The notes below the pieces were generated by a model. It saw only the letters and a program-made list of their open reading frames with translations. It searched no databases and had not been told where the DNA came from. A program made the translations under genes and the position numbers. 64,000 nucleotides of DNA from Botryllus schlosseri (Eukaryota), in NCBI GenBank assembly GCA_051294905.1, contig CM119374.1, forward strand, positions 11,532,001 to 11,596,000, given 5' to 3'. Positions 1-12,177 of the stretch are shown here, in pieces (position 1 is the first letter of the stretch; the number at the start of each line of letters is the position of its first letter).

Positions 1-22
1 TTCTACCATACTGCGTGATGTA

Positions 23-371
23 CAGTGGTGGCACTACGAAGGGGTGGGGCACAGGGCGAGACTTCCCGAGGGGCCCCCTATACGCATGTAATCGTAATCT
101 AATATTGTTATCTATCTATCACCACGTCAAGGTTTGAGTAAGGTCCTGGGTTAGGCCATATCTATTATGCATGTGTGCAAGGATAGACTACATCAAAACT
201 TGGAAATTCTACCGCACGCAGAGACGTGATGATTATCGGGATATGGGACTTTTCTAACAAATACAGAGATTAGATGATGATTGACACATCTGTACGGAAT
301 GATATTATTGATTGGTACACGGATCGGCTCCGGGCGACCGCCCTCCTCGCCCACCCCAAAAGTCACCACTG
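23..371. mobile_element. hAT-type MITE (349 bp)
   Basis: TIRs CAGTGGTG(G/A)C...GTCACCACTG; perfect 8-bp TSD GTGATGTA at 15-22 and 372-379. Confidence 0.9.
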
Positions 372-1273
372 GTGATGTAGCTATACTGGTATTCTTCAAT
401 TGCCCAGATTTCCTTATAATAATTCTTTTCACGTAAAAGTTTGTCAGTTTTCAGGTCAAATTTTGTTTCGGGCTAAACCACTTCGTAAAGACAGACAATC
501 ACAACCATAAGTTGAAGAATTTTAACATTATGGGCCAAAACATCTAATTTACATACATGCGGGCGAAATTTTGTCGAAATCAAGTTTTTTGAGGTAAAAA
601 TGTAAAGGTTTTGACTTTTCTGGTCAAAATCTTCCGTTTATTAGGCAAAAAAAAATCGCCCTAGCTAATATTTTTTTCGTTTAGTTTCAAAATCTAATTT
701 AATACCTTCGTTCTTGTAGCACGTTGTCGATGTACAGTTCATTTTTCGCGCCAGCAATCTCCATTAATGTACAGTTTTTTTAAGGTTTGATTTGCGTGAC
801 TGCCAAGTAGTTTTAGTCTACCGAAAGTAAATACTTTCCGGCATAATAAGCTTGATAATATTCAGTTTAAGACATAGAAGAGACCAGAAGGAATAGAATT
901 ACATCGAATCTAGCTTTCGCAAGAAAAGCAATTTTCAGATTTTTAAGATTTACATTGGGACAAACATTAATTTCTAAAGATGCGGTAGAAATTAAGGAAT
1001 TTAGACTACAATCAACTTAACATAAGGCACAGCTTAAATGATTGTGACACTGTGACAGCGACCAAACAGACTGCCCAACACGGCCGCCAAACAAGTTTCC
1101 TGCACAATCAAACATAGTTTCCGCACGTAAAAACTTATTATTCTGCACAATAAATCAGAAATAAACATGAACGAGTAGCGAAGGTACACTTGTTTTGTGA
1201 ATAACTATTTTCTTCAGCTGTTAGCTGTACATCCACTTATTCTTTTTTTCGGACGTGAACTATTGATCGTTGG

Positions 1274-1476
1274 CAGGACCGTAACTGCCGCACTCCAAAC
1301 CCCCCAATTCAGTCAGGGTGATCTCGACGGGGCCTGAAATTCTTTCGTGAATTAATATAAATTATGGAGTTTTTTATTTTATTAATTTATGCATTTTGAT
1401 TGGTTTATCAAGCTGCTGGGGCCCCAGACCGACGTTTTTGTTTCGTGGGGGCGGACGAAGTGCTGTTTTGGTCCTG
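1274..1476. mobile_element. hAT-type MITE (203 bp)
   Basis: TIR CAGGACC/GGTCCTG; TSD ATCGTTGG (1266-1273) vs ATCGTAGG (1477-1484), 7/8. Related ends at ~9225-9278 and ~21930-22560. Confidence 0.8.
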
Positions 1477-2047
1477 ATCGTAGGCTATATTCGTATTATC
1501 GACATGGCATAGCGAGAAACAACCATTACTTTTCTATACTGTATTAGTTGCAAGTCCAAATTTTTGTAAACCGCTGGAGAAATTTGGAGGGCCGTTTCGG
1601 TCCCTCAAAACACCTTAAAAACACTGGTAATATACGAACCGTGTGTGGTAGCTGTTTTGTTTCTATGGCTCATCGAAAATTGATGTGGCAGCGCAGACTT
1701 TCGATGCGTGATTACATCTCAAGTTTCATTTTTAAAGTTTGCTACATTATTTAGTAGGTTTTGAATTTGTTATTCATGCTTCAAGCGCTTCAGGTTCTTG
1801 ATTTTCATTTTGGTTATTGTTGAAAGGCGTTCTAACTACCGAACCGCTGATGTCACGGGACAACTTGATACCCTAGAATTGGGAACCTGCCTATCACAGC
1901 TGGCTGAACATCACTCTTAAATATCAACACAAAATTTGCTTTACACTTGAACAGCACTACAGTCCATGTAAGTACAGATATAGAGACATCGCAAATTTAT
2001 TGAATGAGATTCCGGTTTTACGCCCTATATACTAAGTAGATAGTGTG

Positions 2048-2427
2048 TGGGGATGGTGTGAACGTGAGGTTCACGTTCGCGTTCTGGTTCTGCACTGTTT
2101 ACCTTTTTTATATATTATAAATTTTCACGTAATTTTAACATCTTTGGATGAAATTCTTTGTATTTCAACTGCGGGCCACTCTATGCATGTGATGGCAGCA
2201 TAAAAATCAACACTGAACGAGCATGCACCTTGACCATCTCAAAAATGGTTGCCCGAGGTGTCGTGTGCAATGTACATTAATATATCACTTCACTGAAATG
2301 TAGGGTTGGAATTAGCAATATGACGTCACGTGACGTCATGAGGTTCACGATCGCGTTCACACAGAACCTTTCAAAAAGGTTTGCGTTCACACGAACCTAA
2401 ACCTTTCGCAGGTTCACACCACCCCTA
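2048..2427. mobile_element. hAT-type MITE (380 bp)
   Basis: TIRs TGGGGATGGTGTGAAC / GTTCACACCACCCCTA; perfect TSD ATAGTGTG at 2040-2047 and 2428-2435. Confidence 0.88.
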
Positions 2428-2575
2428 ATAGTGTGTACTAAGGCCTTGCAGCCCTTCGTTGCCATTCTGGTCCGTACCGGATTTTTACTGGCGTGACAAA
2501 TAAAACAATTTATCTATCTATCTATAAGATTAGATAGAATAAATACGAAAATATACAACAAATTATCTCACTTAC

Positions 2576-2636
2576 CATCCATAGTTATTGATTCACCGCA
2601 GAAAGCTAGAACCACAGCCGATAGAATTTGTATCAT
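2576..2636 (-). CDS. Candidate first coding exon of an unidentified secreted/membrane protein (signal-peptide-like)
   Basis: Minus strand ATG at 2636 gives MIQILSAVVLAFCGESITMD plus 1 nt, then a canonical GTAAGT donor; CAG acceptor at 2653-2655. No downstream exon could be identified. Confidence 0.25.
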
Positions 2637-3234
2637 ATGAAACGTGGAATTCCTGAAGCACGCGATAGTTAGAATAGCGCGCAAAGATTTCAAAGCGTCG
2701 ACTGTTGAAGGCTCGTGTCGCAGAAAGTTATGCAGAATCCCGAAATCAGCCTGTCAAGTTAGCAAACTCTAGTACGGTTGTGAATGAACATTTCAATTGG
2801 AACGACATGGGTGGGATAAGGAATATGGCATGTATTTGATCTGTCAGATCCGCAAATTGTCCATTTCGGCTATTGATTACTGCATTACTGCATTGCATCT
2901 ATCAGTAGCCTATAGGTTGGGATGATTCAGTTATGCCTCAAAATGATTTATCTCACTGTAAAGAATAAAAAACTCACTATACACATTGACGCGAAAGAAC
3001 ACTCATCAAGAGCCCAATCGGACTATAAGGTCAAGGGTATTTAATACTAGTATAGTCAATAAGATCAACATGTAGGCCTACACTAGGTTTGTTCAAAAAT
3101 AACTTCATTTCCGGATTTCGGGGATTCACTGGGTAAATTCGTAGGTCGACTGAAAAAACACTGACGATTACCCCTGACGAGTGTCAGCCGAAAATATTCG
3201 GGTTCATTTCAATATGAATATACTATTTAATTGT

Positions 3235-3745
3235 ATATTGAAGTTCTGTACCTCCAAGAAGCTCTTGAAAAAACACTGCTCACAAAATTTGGCTCGATTT
3301 CGACTGGTAGATGTGAACGCACGCGACCTTGAAAATTTTCATGTATTATCAGCAAATTCTAAAATTATTCTGTCAACCCCGAGAATTTATTATGTTGTCT
3401 AAAAGATCGATGCTTTATGCTCACTTCCAGCCGTAAAAGCGTGGTTATTGCAGTTGAAAATTTTGAATTCGCAAAAATTAGCCTGGATGGTGTGTAATTC
3501 CAGAATTAATATTGAATAACTCAAATAACTTCGCTTTTATGGGTTGGAATTGCGTCAAATTTGTTTTGCATCGTTTTTGTTGAAACTTGACAATTTCTTT
3601 GAGTTGACAGCAAAATTCGAAATTTAAATTGTATTGTAATCAATTCAAAATGTTCAAACTCCAGTGCGTTCACATCTATCAGTTTTAATCGAGCCAAATT
3701 TGGTGTGCAGCGTCGTTTTAGGCTACCTAACAATTTCATCAGTCA
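3235..3745. repeat. Dispersed palindromic (long inverted-arm) repeat family, probable MITE
   Basis: Inverted arms (...AAATTTGGCTCGATT...GATGTGAACGCAC vs TGCGTTCACATC...AATCGAGCCAAATTTG). Related copies at ~37420-37760, ~45800-46100 and ~52880-53170; spurious ORFs there share LxxLKxxCxxxLA-like translations. Boundaries approximate. Confidence 0.55.
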
Positions 3746-4605
3746 ATCCCCGGAGTACGGCAAATAAGTTATTTTTGAACAGCCCTAATGCACCCGTATA
3801 CGTACTCTTATTGCATTTCTCTTGTCGCCGTCGTCAAGCATGTGCAAATCCAGGGCATATTTCTTCATGCCATTAATCAACAGATTCAGCAGAGATGTAT
3901 TTAGAACGCATCTTTTGCAGAATTCCGCGTGTCTGTCAGAGCAGTTCCAAATCAAGGTCTTGATCTGTGCAAAACATTAATAATATTCGTAAATATAAGC
4001 TAATATGAAGAGGTAGCCTACAAAACGTTATACAATTTACGACTGTCAGCCGAGAGTATTCGGGTTTAATTCAATATGAATACCGCATTTTAATTGCATA
4101 AGGTCGATTAGTGCAGAGTGATGTTATTTTACCAGAGTGATGGTATCATGGTCTCCCGCTCCGGAATCAGATTCCTTCCACAATGCGGCGATGGGACTCA
4201 ACAGTTCGCATCGCAGTATTACGTCACACGCTCTCTTACAGCTCTCGTCATGTCGTCTGTCAAACACCTGTGGGTGCAAAATAAAACGTTATTCCCTAGA
4301 AATATTCTTCGAGAGATCATAAATCCAACAAATGGACCAAACGATGGTATAGCCTATGATGTATACGATGTATATGAATTCACAACGGTATTACATTATT
4401 GTTGCATTGAATTCATTCAAATATGGTATATAAACCTCAGCTATAATTCAAGCTAGTGAACCGCGAACGCAAAATGCCTCTAGATTTTACAGCGGGGGTG
4501 TCAAACATACAACCTCCGGTCAGCGAAGCAATTCCGAGTAAATGGCAAAATAATAGTAATATTCCGCAAAAGTTGAGGATTTTAAGAAGAAATAGCCTTC
4601 TTCCG

Positions 4606-4759
4606 AGCGAGATAGTGTAATGGTTATGCGTCCGGCTTCTCGAGCGGTAGGTCGTGGGTTCGATTCCCGGCCGGGTCATACCAAAGACTCGAAAATTGGT
4701 ATCCGCTGCTATCCTGCTAGGCGCTCAGCAATCACGGATAGCATGGAGGAGAAAAAAAA
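4606..4759 (+). mobile_element. tRNA-derived SINE
   Basis: Pol III A box TAGTGTAATGG (4613-4623), B box GGTTCGATTCC (4657-4667), body GGGTCATACCAAAGACT...CTGCTAGGCGCTCAGCA and A-rich tail; acceptor stem does not pair, so not a tRNA. Confidence 0.8.
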
Positions 4760-4846
4760 CGGGGGCGCAGACTAGATGACCTCATGGGGCCGTATCGCAA
4801 CTCCGTCGTCAAAGCATCTCGATGGTGCAGGCGAAAAAGAATATCA

Positions 4847-4868
4847 TCTCTCTCTCTCTCTCTCTCTC
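4847..4868. repeat. (TC)11 microsatellite
   Basis: Direct reading. Confidence 0.95.
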
Positions 4869-4896
4869 TTCCATCGAATAACTCAAGACCTCAAAA

Positions 4897-5035
4897 CAGG
4901 GCTTTGGAGCCGGAGCCCCAGAGCCGTGCATTTTTACCGGAGCCGGAGCCGGAGCTGGAGCTCTACATAAATTCAGCCGGAGCCGGAGCCGGAGCTGGAG
5001 CCAGTTATTTGAGGGGTAGCTCCAGCTCCGACGCA
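4897..5035. mobile_element. Left end of GGAGCC-repeat hAT-like MITE
   Basis: TIR CAGGGCTTTGGAGC followed by GGAGCC/GGAGCT hexamers; matching right end GCTCCAAAGCCCTG at 7161-7174; another right end at ~34965-35095. TSD not convincing. Confidence 0.65.
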
Positions 5036-6314
5036 TTTCATAAGATGCTATTATATATGCAACAACCATATCTACTGAGTTCACATAATTCAACAGCAGG
5101 CCTTCGCGAAATTAAGAATATTTTCCTCTTTGGCGCTACCTTTTCCGACTAACCATGTTCCTGGGGATTTAACAGCAGATCAGTCATATGTTAACTGTTC
5201 AATTTTCATACATGAGTGCCGAACCTCAGTATGCGAAATATGCCTGTGAATATTGTGGGTATTCGACATACCCGCAATTTCATCATCAGTACAACCTTGT
5301 TGGCCAATTGTATACGGCTCGAAAATAATGATCAATATGTATTACGCGAAATGGGAGAGAGGATAAAAACGTGATTTCGTTGCACATGTCGATATGACGA
5401 TGATCACGAGCCGAGAAATTCCATCTTATAGTTGCTATGAATCGGATGAGCAAATACTCGTTCTTTTGTGATAGTTCTCGGGTCACGAAATTGGACAGTG
5501 TTATTGAGTATGCAATTATATGCATATGCATCCTAATTGGAATTCATTACTGCGCATCATCGTCATTCACTCCAGTAAGGATTTTAGAGCGTAAATAGGG
5601 GATGGTAGAAGAGTAGCCCAAAACCCCATGGTAATTTATATCGGAGACGAATTACTGATTTGATAGGCTATTTTCAATTTGTAATCATCTGTTTCGTTAA
5701 TTCATTCTTGATGTCTGCTTGACACTCCAGTATTTCCGGATTATCGCGCACTGTGACTTGTAAATGTGCAATGTGCATACTACATACTTTAATTCGTTAT
5801 GGGCATGGCGCAATGTGCATGGTACAGTGTTTAATTCGATTATTCAATTTGTTTCAACCGGAAAATATTATATTCAGATATACTTGATCGACACCGTATG
5901 GACTGGGTTCACCAATATCGAACGTCAAACCATTGGATATTTGGTACAAATCGGATTTCTATTGATCACGTCGTTATATCCGCCCATATTGCTCTTATTA
6001 CAGTTACAGTTGAATAATAATAATCGCACATTTAAAATTGAATTGAGCTGTATGGCTTAATGTTAACGAGTACAGGGCCAGTGTAAAAACGCCGCATCAG
6101 AATTTTAATGCTGTACACAGCAATGGCACGGACTAAAGTGCGTTCTAGTGCAACTAGATGTTATCGACAATTGACAAGTATTCATTATGTCGTCACAACC
6201 CGGCACGGCGGCACCTATATGTCTTCGTTGTTGCATCCGATGTTACTGACGGCTGACAGACTCTAGATTACTATAGATAACTAACCTACGCGTAAATTAG
6301 TAATCTATATAGAC

Positions 6315-7012
6315 CAGGGGTGGCCAACTTTTTCGGCTAAAGGGCCTCATGAAATTGACGAACGCTGCGCTGCCCACTAGCCGCGCCAGGCGCGTAAAAT
6401 TTTCAAAGTTAATATTATTATTACTTGCGCATATTGCGGGTCGACTGTATACCGCCCGCTGGGCTCAGTTTGCAAGTACAGGACTATTCATCATCTGGAC
6501 ATATCGATATCGAAGATTTCCGCTAATATACGACAATCATTTTTTTGCCTACATTTCATCGCCGACTATCTTTCTGCGAGCGCGAACGCGAAAATACTTT
6601 TTCTCGTAATTACGAATATAGTTAGACTCAATCGGCTAAATCAGGCGTTTTTTCATTTTCAGGTGGGGAAGGCTTCAAAGAAAGAAATCGTGCGACAATT
6701 AAACACGCGAAGCGTGAAGAAAAATTTTACTACTATTTTAGTTTATTGTAATGTAAGACGATTTACTAAAAATGTGACTGCTTGGACCCTGGATCTGCCA
6801 ATGCGTCGAAACTGATATTTTAGTCATCAACATCCCAAGTGCCGCGGCCAGACTAATCATATTTTTGGTTGGCCTTGCAAGTTCACAATCTGAGCAATTC
6901 AATTTCGATACTATAACAGAATTCTGATAATATAGTGGGAAATTAGCGCGCTGGCTACTCAAAACCTTCTCGCGAGCCAAATATGGACCGCAGGCCGCGG
7001 GTTGCCCACCCC
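6315..7012. mobile_element. hAT (Charlie-like) non-autonomous element
   Basis: CAGGGGTGGCCAAC / GTTGCCCACCCC (terminal TG lost); TSD ATATAGAC (6307-6314) vs ATATAGAG (7013-7020). Confidence 0.8.
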
Positions 7013-7024
7013 ATATAGAGACAG

Positions 7025-7174
7025 ACACCTTCGATAGTTTTCAGAGCCGGAGAGGGAGCCGGAGCAGTGGTAACAATGCGGCTCCGGAGCTGGAGCTGGT
7101 GCTAATGTATGATAGAATAAAGCTCCGGAGCCGGAGCTGGAGCAATGCAAATTTACGGTTGCTCCAAAGCCCTG
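7025..7174. mobile_element. Right end of GGAGCC-repeat MITE
   Basis: GGAGCC hexamers ending in TIR GCTCCAAAGCCCTG. Confidence 0.65.
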
Positions 7175-8421
7175 CGGATCAAAAGACAATCATTCTGCCA
7201 TGTAATAGTTTTATTCTTCAGAGAATAGAAAGAAGCCAGTGTTTGCGACGAAAAGTTTTTTCATCGCAGGTTTTGTGCTTTGATTCAGCGCTGGGCCGCA
7301 AGTATAGGGAGATGTGAAGTTAGATTGCCAATCGCTTTATTAATCGTAGAAAGCTCTATATAAATGTTTGAAGAGAACAATTTGCTTAAGGTATTGGAAA
7401 AATTCTATGCAGCCGAATGACTGGCAGGAAGTACAGATTGTGCTGTTTTCGTCTGTACAAATTTATGCACTACTGTAATATAGTGATTGGCTCAACCTGA
7501 TCTGGCTCAAAGCGTATTATGCCGCTTAGTATCGAATCCCGTTGTACGCATTATACTACCGTACTATAGATCCTCGGATATTGAATCGCATCTATTTGCA
7601 GGGGACAAGACACCGGTCAAATTATTGATTGCAACAGCATATTGGAGCTCTGCTGCATAGGTTGCAAGCCTCCGTATAGGCCAACCCCTAGAAGGGGTCG
7701 GCAACCCCCGGCACGCGTGCCATTTGTGGCACGTGAGTTGATTTTTCACGACACGCCCCACAATTTGATGAACAAGTCATGTTATATCCATGTTTTAGCA
7801 AAAAGATGAAACAGAAGTTTTCAAAATGTGCTATGCTCGTAGACGACACAAATTTTTGTCGTAAATCAACAATCAACGTAAAATAGAGTCTTTTGGGACA
7901 GATTTATTAATCTTGAAAACGTTTTACGCGCGATGTGGGAAACCCCAATATAGCAAACATTCTAACAAATATGCTTAATGTACAGAAATGGGTCCAGCCG
8001 TATTGGCAATTATGAAAGAACGCCAACCTAATATCGTATGAATTTGGATGCTTTAGTCTAGGTGTTTGCAATGTGCAGACTGCGGATGTGCGACTACTAC
8101 ATATGAGCCGGCATTTTTACGATGGGCATTTTCACGCTAGGAGACACGACCCAGACATAATGTTTCGGGCAACATGCGACCGTGCGACTCCGTGCGGTGT
8201 GTGTGTGCTGGCCAAAGGATTGGCGGCGATGAAACCTCTTGAAATAAAATAATCGCCGCATGCTGGCAAAAACTTTCGACAATGATATGTCTACTGTCGA
8301 GGCGCCGAACAGTCTAAAGACTGAGCCGCATGTAGCAAATGAAATCCGATAAAGAAAATAATGCTCCCCGTGTCGAAATATGAAAGGAGATATTTTTCAG
8401 TCCCGTCTTCTAGACTATAAG

Positions 8422-9490
8422 CAGGGTTGCAATACCGTCCTTATTTTTAAGATTTGTCCTTATTTTGAAGGGTCACGTCTTAGAAAACTCAACTGTCCTT
8501 ATTTCTAAGAAACGTCCTTATTTTCGACTTGCGTCCTTATTTTGTCTTATTTTCAACCACTACTTAACTTCGATCGTTTTTCTCTGGTATCTGTGTTGCA
8601 TAATATTCTAAAATTATGCTTTCGCGTCGAGATTTTATGACATCATAACTGAAAGGAACTCTCGTGACGTACACACCACAAGATTAAACTTATGAGTTGT
8701 GAGATAGCTAGGGCAGTGAGTGGTGGTACCGCAATTTAGTCTGTACCAAGCTGCCGCAGCGGACGTCATTTTAGCAGTAAACAGCAGTGCCAGGTTCCTG
8801 CTGTTTTTGGTCTACGGCAGAATAAGATCAAGCTGTGTGGAAGGCAGCATTTAATTTGTAGTGAAAAAAGGCGCAGTGCAGTCGGCACATAGGTTAAAAA
8901 GTATAGTAAAACTATAAATCATTGATAAATTTATCTAAAATATATTGCACTTGCGCATATAGTTTTAACTACTACTAAGGCTAAATCTGATTAGTTAAAA
9001 TGAGCAGGCGTAAAAACGTTTTTTTTTGCGACGATTATGAGATTCCAGAATCGCAAATAAGTTTTCTTCGGCCAGGACCAAGACTACAACCATTGTTATT
9101 GGAGTTCTTGCTCAATACGCTCAAAAAATGATTTTGTCCAGACTTGGTGTACGGCTTTTTTTCCATCTTGGTTGACGCCTCTAATTACAACGAGGTAAAG
9201 AAGTTGGTTTATCACCGTATGGGGGGGGGCAAGACCAACGTATTTATAGGGGACTGACGAAGTGCTGTTTCGGCCCTGAGTGTAGGTAGATCTATACCTG
9301 AGCTGTCGTGACATCTATAAAGAACTTTCTAATAACAAGGAGTTGTCGGGTAAGATTGTTTCTGGCGAAAAGTATGGAATGTGATATGCCACGGCTCGTA
9401 TAAATACAAAGTATGTACAAAAACGCTTTTTAATGCTAATCTAATATTTCGACTGTCCTTATTTTCGGGTCCATGTCGATGGCCACCCTG
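8422..9490 (+). mobile_element. Internally deleted hAT transposon (1069 bp) with transposase remnant
   Basis: TIRs CAGGGTTGCA / TGGCCACCCTG; perfect TSD ACTATAAG (8414-8421, 9491-9498); subterminal GTCCTTATTT repeats; from 9074 RTKTTTIVIGVLAQYAQKMILSRL, then a 1-nt frameshift, then FSILVDASNYNEVKKL, resembling the first catalytic Asp region of hAT transposases. Confidence 0.88.
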
Positions 9491-9926
9491 ACTATAAGGC
9501 TACGTGTATGCGATTCCAATAGATCTGGAGCAACGACAACTTTTACCGCAACCTTTGAAGCTTTGCAGACACATCTAGTGCCAGGCCACCCTTAATGTGA
9601 CATCCAACCGACTTGTATGATACAGAGGTTATTGGCACATTTTTCATCATCAGGCCATATCATGGTGACAATATTGATGGGCCTCTCACGTATCGGCTAT
9701 GGTAAGGAACACATTGAAGCTAGAGAAGACCGAAGTAACCACAGAATATCGATCATAGCGCGACTAAAAATATTATTAAGCGATAGGCCCTAGGTCTAGT
9801 GCGGTATATCGATCGAAATTTATACCCTTAGCGACCGATATAATTTGAGAACCGACATATCGATCTCGCCTACCGACACATGCAGCGTTCATTTTTGTCG
9901 CTTTCTTTTATGTTATCCTTTCTTAA

Positions 9927-9994
9927 GGGCTCTAATCTGCGATATTTTAAGTAATATATATCGCAATATCGCATTGCGATATATTAAATCGGCC
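9927..9994. mobile_element. Inverted, displaced left terminus of the hAT-like element at 15004-21201
   Basis: GCGATATATTAAATCGGCC (ending 9994) is identical to the terminus at 21181-21199; flanked by ACGGTATT, the reverse complement of AATACCGT found at 21204-21211. Confidence 0.65.
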
Positions 9995-12170
9995 ACGGTA
10001 TTCTGTGTAATATTTCACCGTTTCAAACATCAAACCTTGCTCTTGGGAGTATTCTGAGGGGGTTTGGTAATTGTGGTCACGCTTCGGTGATTTTCAAGAA
10101 CATAGTCATAGGGTTGTCCATAATTTGGAAAATCTCACAAATGCTGCGTATCCATGTCTCATTCTATAGATTATTGATAAAAAATGTCAATGAGCCTGCA
10201 ATAAGCTTACAGCAAAGTCGTTAAGATTTGTCTAAATGCGTTTGAAAGTAGCTGCTGTAGAGTGGGCGTGCCAGCGACCATAGAACGGTGAGAAAACTAG
10301 TAATCACGAAATCACGGCTCATGATTAGTTAATCAGTTATGCTTGAATGATCACGACCGCAGCAACTTGCTGATTACGTGCTTCTACTCTTTAAAGAAGT
10401 TTGCTAACGGCGATGATTCTGTAAGGGCATTGTAGGTTGGTGATTTAACAATAGTATGTGACACCTGGTGATTTAATGTTTTAGTTTAAAAGTCGGTTAC
10501 GATAGGTTTATAGCAGCAATAGCCTATTGCAGACATGGCCGAGGTGTAACAGCGAATAATTGTGAACTTATAGAAGTGAGTATAAATCCGAGAAGCATCT
10601 AGTCTGATATACTTGCGATTACGCCGAGTCCTCCTGCTTTCCTGGGTGCAGGCAAAGTATTAGCCATCGCCAAACTGGTGCAGCACAGCATGTGAGATGG
10701 ATGCTGCGGGGCACAATCCTGTATGCTTATAAGATGATATGTGGACCAACCAGGTAGCTTACATTGGAACTCTGAAGAAGTGTAACTACCGCATCGATTA
10801 AATGCATTTATATATCCATGTCTGGTTTGATTCAAACATTAGTGATGATCTATGATTCATTTGGGAGAGGCTAAGCTCTACAAGCAAACTGTAGTTTTGC
10901 TGACACTACCAGCATAGCCTGTGCATACCTTTAGATCTCTTTCTGTGGTATGATTGAGAACTTTGACAGCACTTACGGGTAGATTCATTATGCTGTAAGA
11001 ATCGGACAGGTGCCACGCATAAACGGACTATTCAGCCCATCCTTGGAGCATTCAAGACTTAAATTATATACCACGACCAGAGCCTAATAAGATTAGACAA
11101 AGTATGATCACTGTTAAGATTTATAATTGTAATCAATGATGGTACATCCCTTCTGAAACTAGAAATTCGTACGCTACTTGCATAAGTGCCATTGCAATGT
11201 TTCTTTGTGTATATCAGTGCTTTCCCTCGATGAAAGCAAGGTACACAGACTACAACGGTTACCTTCACAAGAAGCCAGTCATGTTTCAAGCGCTTTTGTG
11301 AAGCAGCTATCTTTTGTTCGTTCTGTAATATGTTACTACACATATCCCGAATCAATCTCAAATCATCATCTGCGGACCAACCTACAATGCGCTTACAGAT
11401 TCACCGCCGTTAGCAGACTCCTCGAACAGCTGATCAGCAAGCCGCCACCGTCGTAATCATTCAGGCATAGCCGCTTACCCAATCAAGCGCCGTGATTTCA
11501 TGATTACTAGTCTTCTCGCCGCTCTATGGTCGCTGGTACGCCCACTCTGTGGCAGCCACTTTCAAACGCATTTAGACAAATCTTAACGACTTTCCTGTGA
11601 GCTTATTGCAGGCTCATCGACGTTCTTTATCAATAATCTATAGAATGAGACATGGATACGCAGGATTTGTGAGATTTTCCAAATTATGGACAACCCTAAT
11701 AGTCAAGTTAGTGACCGAATGCGAGTCATAAACTGGTTTACTATGCCTGCAAATGGTTGGATACGACAAGAGAAAGTATACCAAGTTGTTTCATGCCATT
11801 AACTGGGTGGGAGGGGTTCGATTCGGTATTGATCTTGAACTTGACCATTATGATTACTTACTGACCCCGCCCATATGTAAATTTTTCATGTATTTTTGAT
11901 TTTTAGATATCTGGGGAGCCGCGCGGTTTACGGCCATGGTTGACGACTTGTTCGAAACCAGGCAACGGTGGCTACGCACTGATGCATAATTTTTAACTCT
12001 CCGACGCTATCCTGGGGGTTAGTCTTGAAAAATGAAAGAGAAAAAGAGATTTTTCAGAGAAAAAGTCTGTTTATTTAGTCTTATAAAAAAACCTAGACAT
12101 GTCTCGGGGTGTCGATCGAGGGCGAAAACGGTAGAGGGATATAGTCAGCCCACTTTTAAACTGAAACAGC
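9995..12170 (-). mobile_element. Half of a piggyBac-like MITE (reverse orientation), interrupted by the 10109-11698 element
   Basis: 9995-10108 and 11699-12170 match the internal part of the copies at 14047-15003 and 42908-43870 (roughly 85-90% by eye). Confidence 0.8.
10109..11698. mobile_element. Non-autonomous DNA transposon with ~260-bp TIRs (hAT-like ends)
   Basis: TAGGGTTGTCCATAATTTGG / CCAAATTATGGACAACCCTA; inverted arms extend ~260-280 bp; TSD ATAGTCA(A) of 7-8 bp reconstitutes the host MITE sequence. Confidence 0.85.
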
Positions 12171-12177
12171 CTTTTAA

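Noticed and set aside
193-432. 79-aa minus ORF as a host exon
   Set aside because: Most of it lies inside the TSD-bounded MITE 23-371; no usable splice sites.
4606-4676. Functional tRNA gene
   Set aside because: A/B boxes are present, but the acceptor stem does not pair and the sequence continues into a SINE body and A-tail.
4776-5152. ORFs with PEPEP / AGAGA / RSRSW repeats
   Set aside because: Translations of the GGAGCC hexamer MITE and the (TC)n tract.
4897-7174. A single 2.3-kb GGAGCC element with nested insertions
   Set aside because: The ends face each other correctly, but the flanks (CCTCAAAA vs CGGATCAA) do not form a convincing TSD, so they are listed as separate ends.
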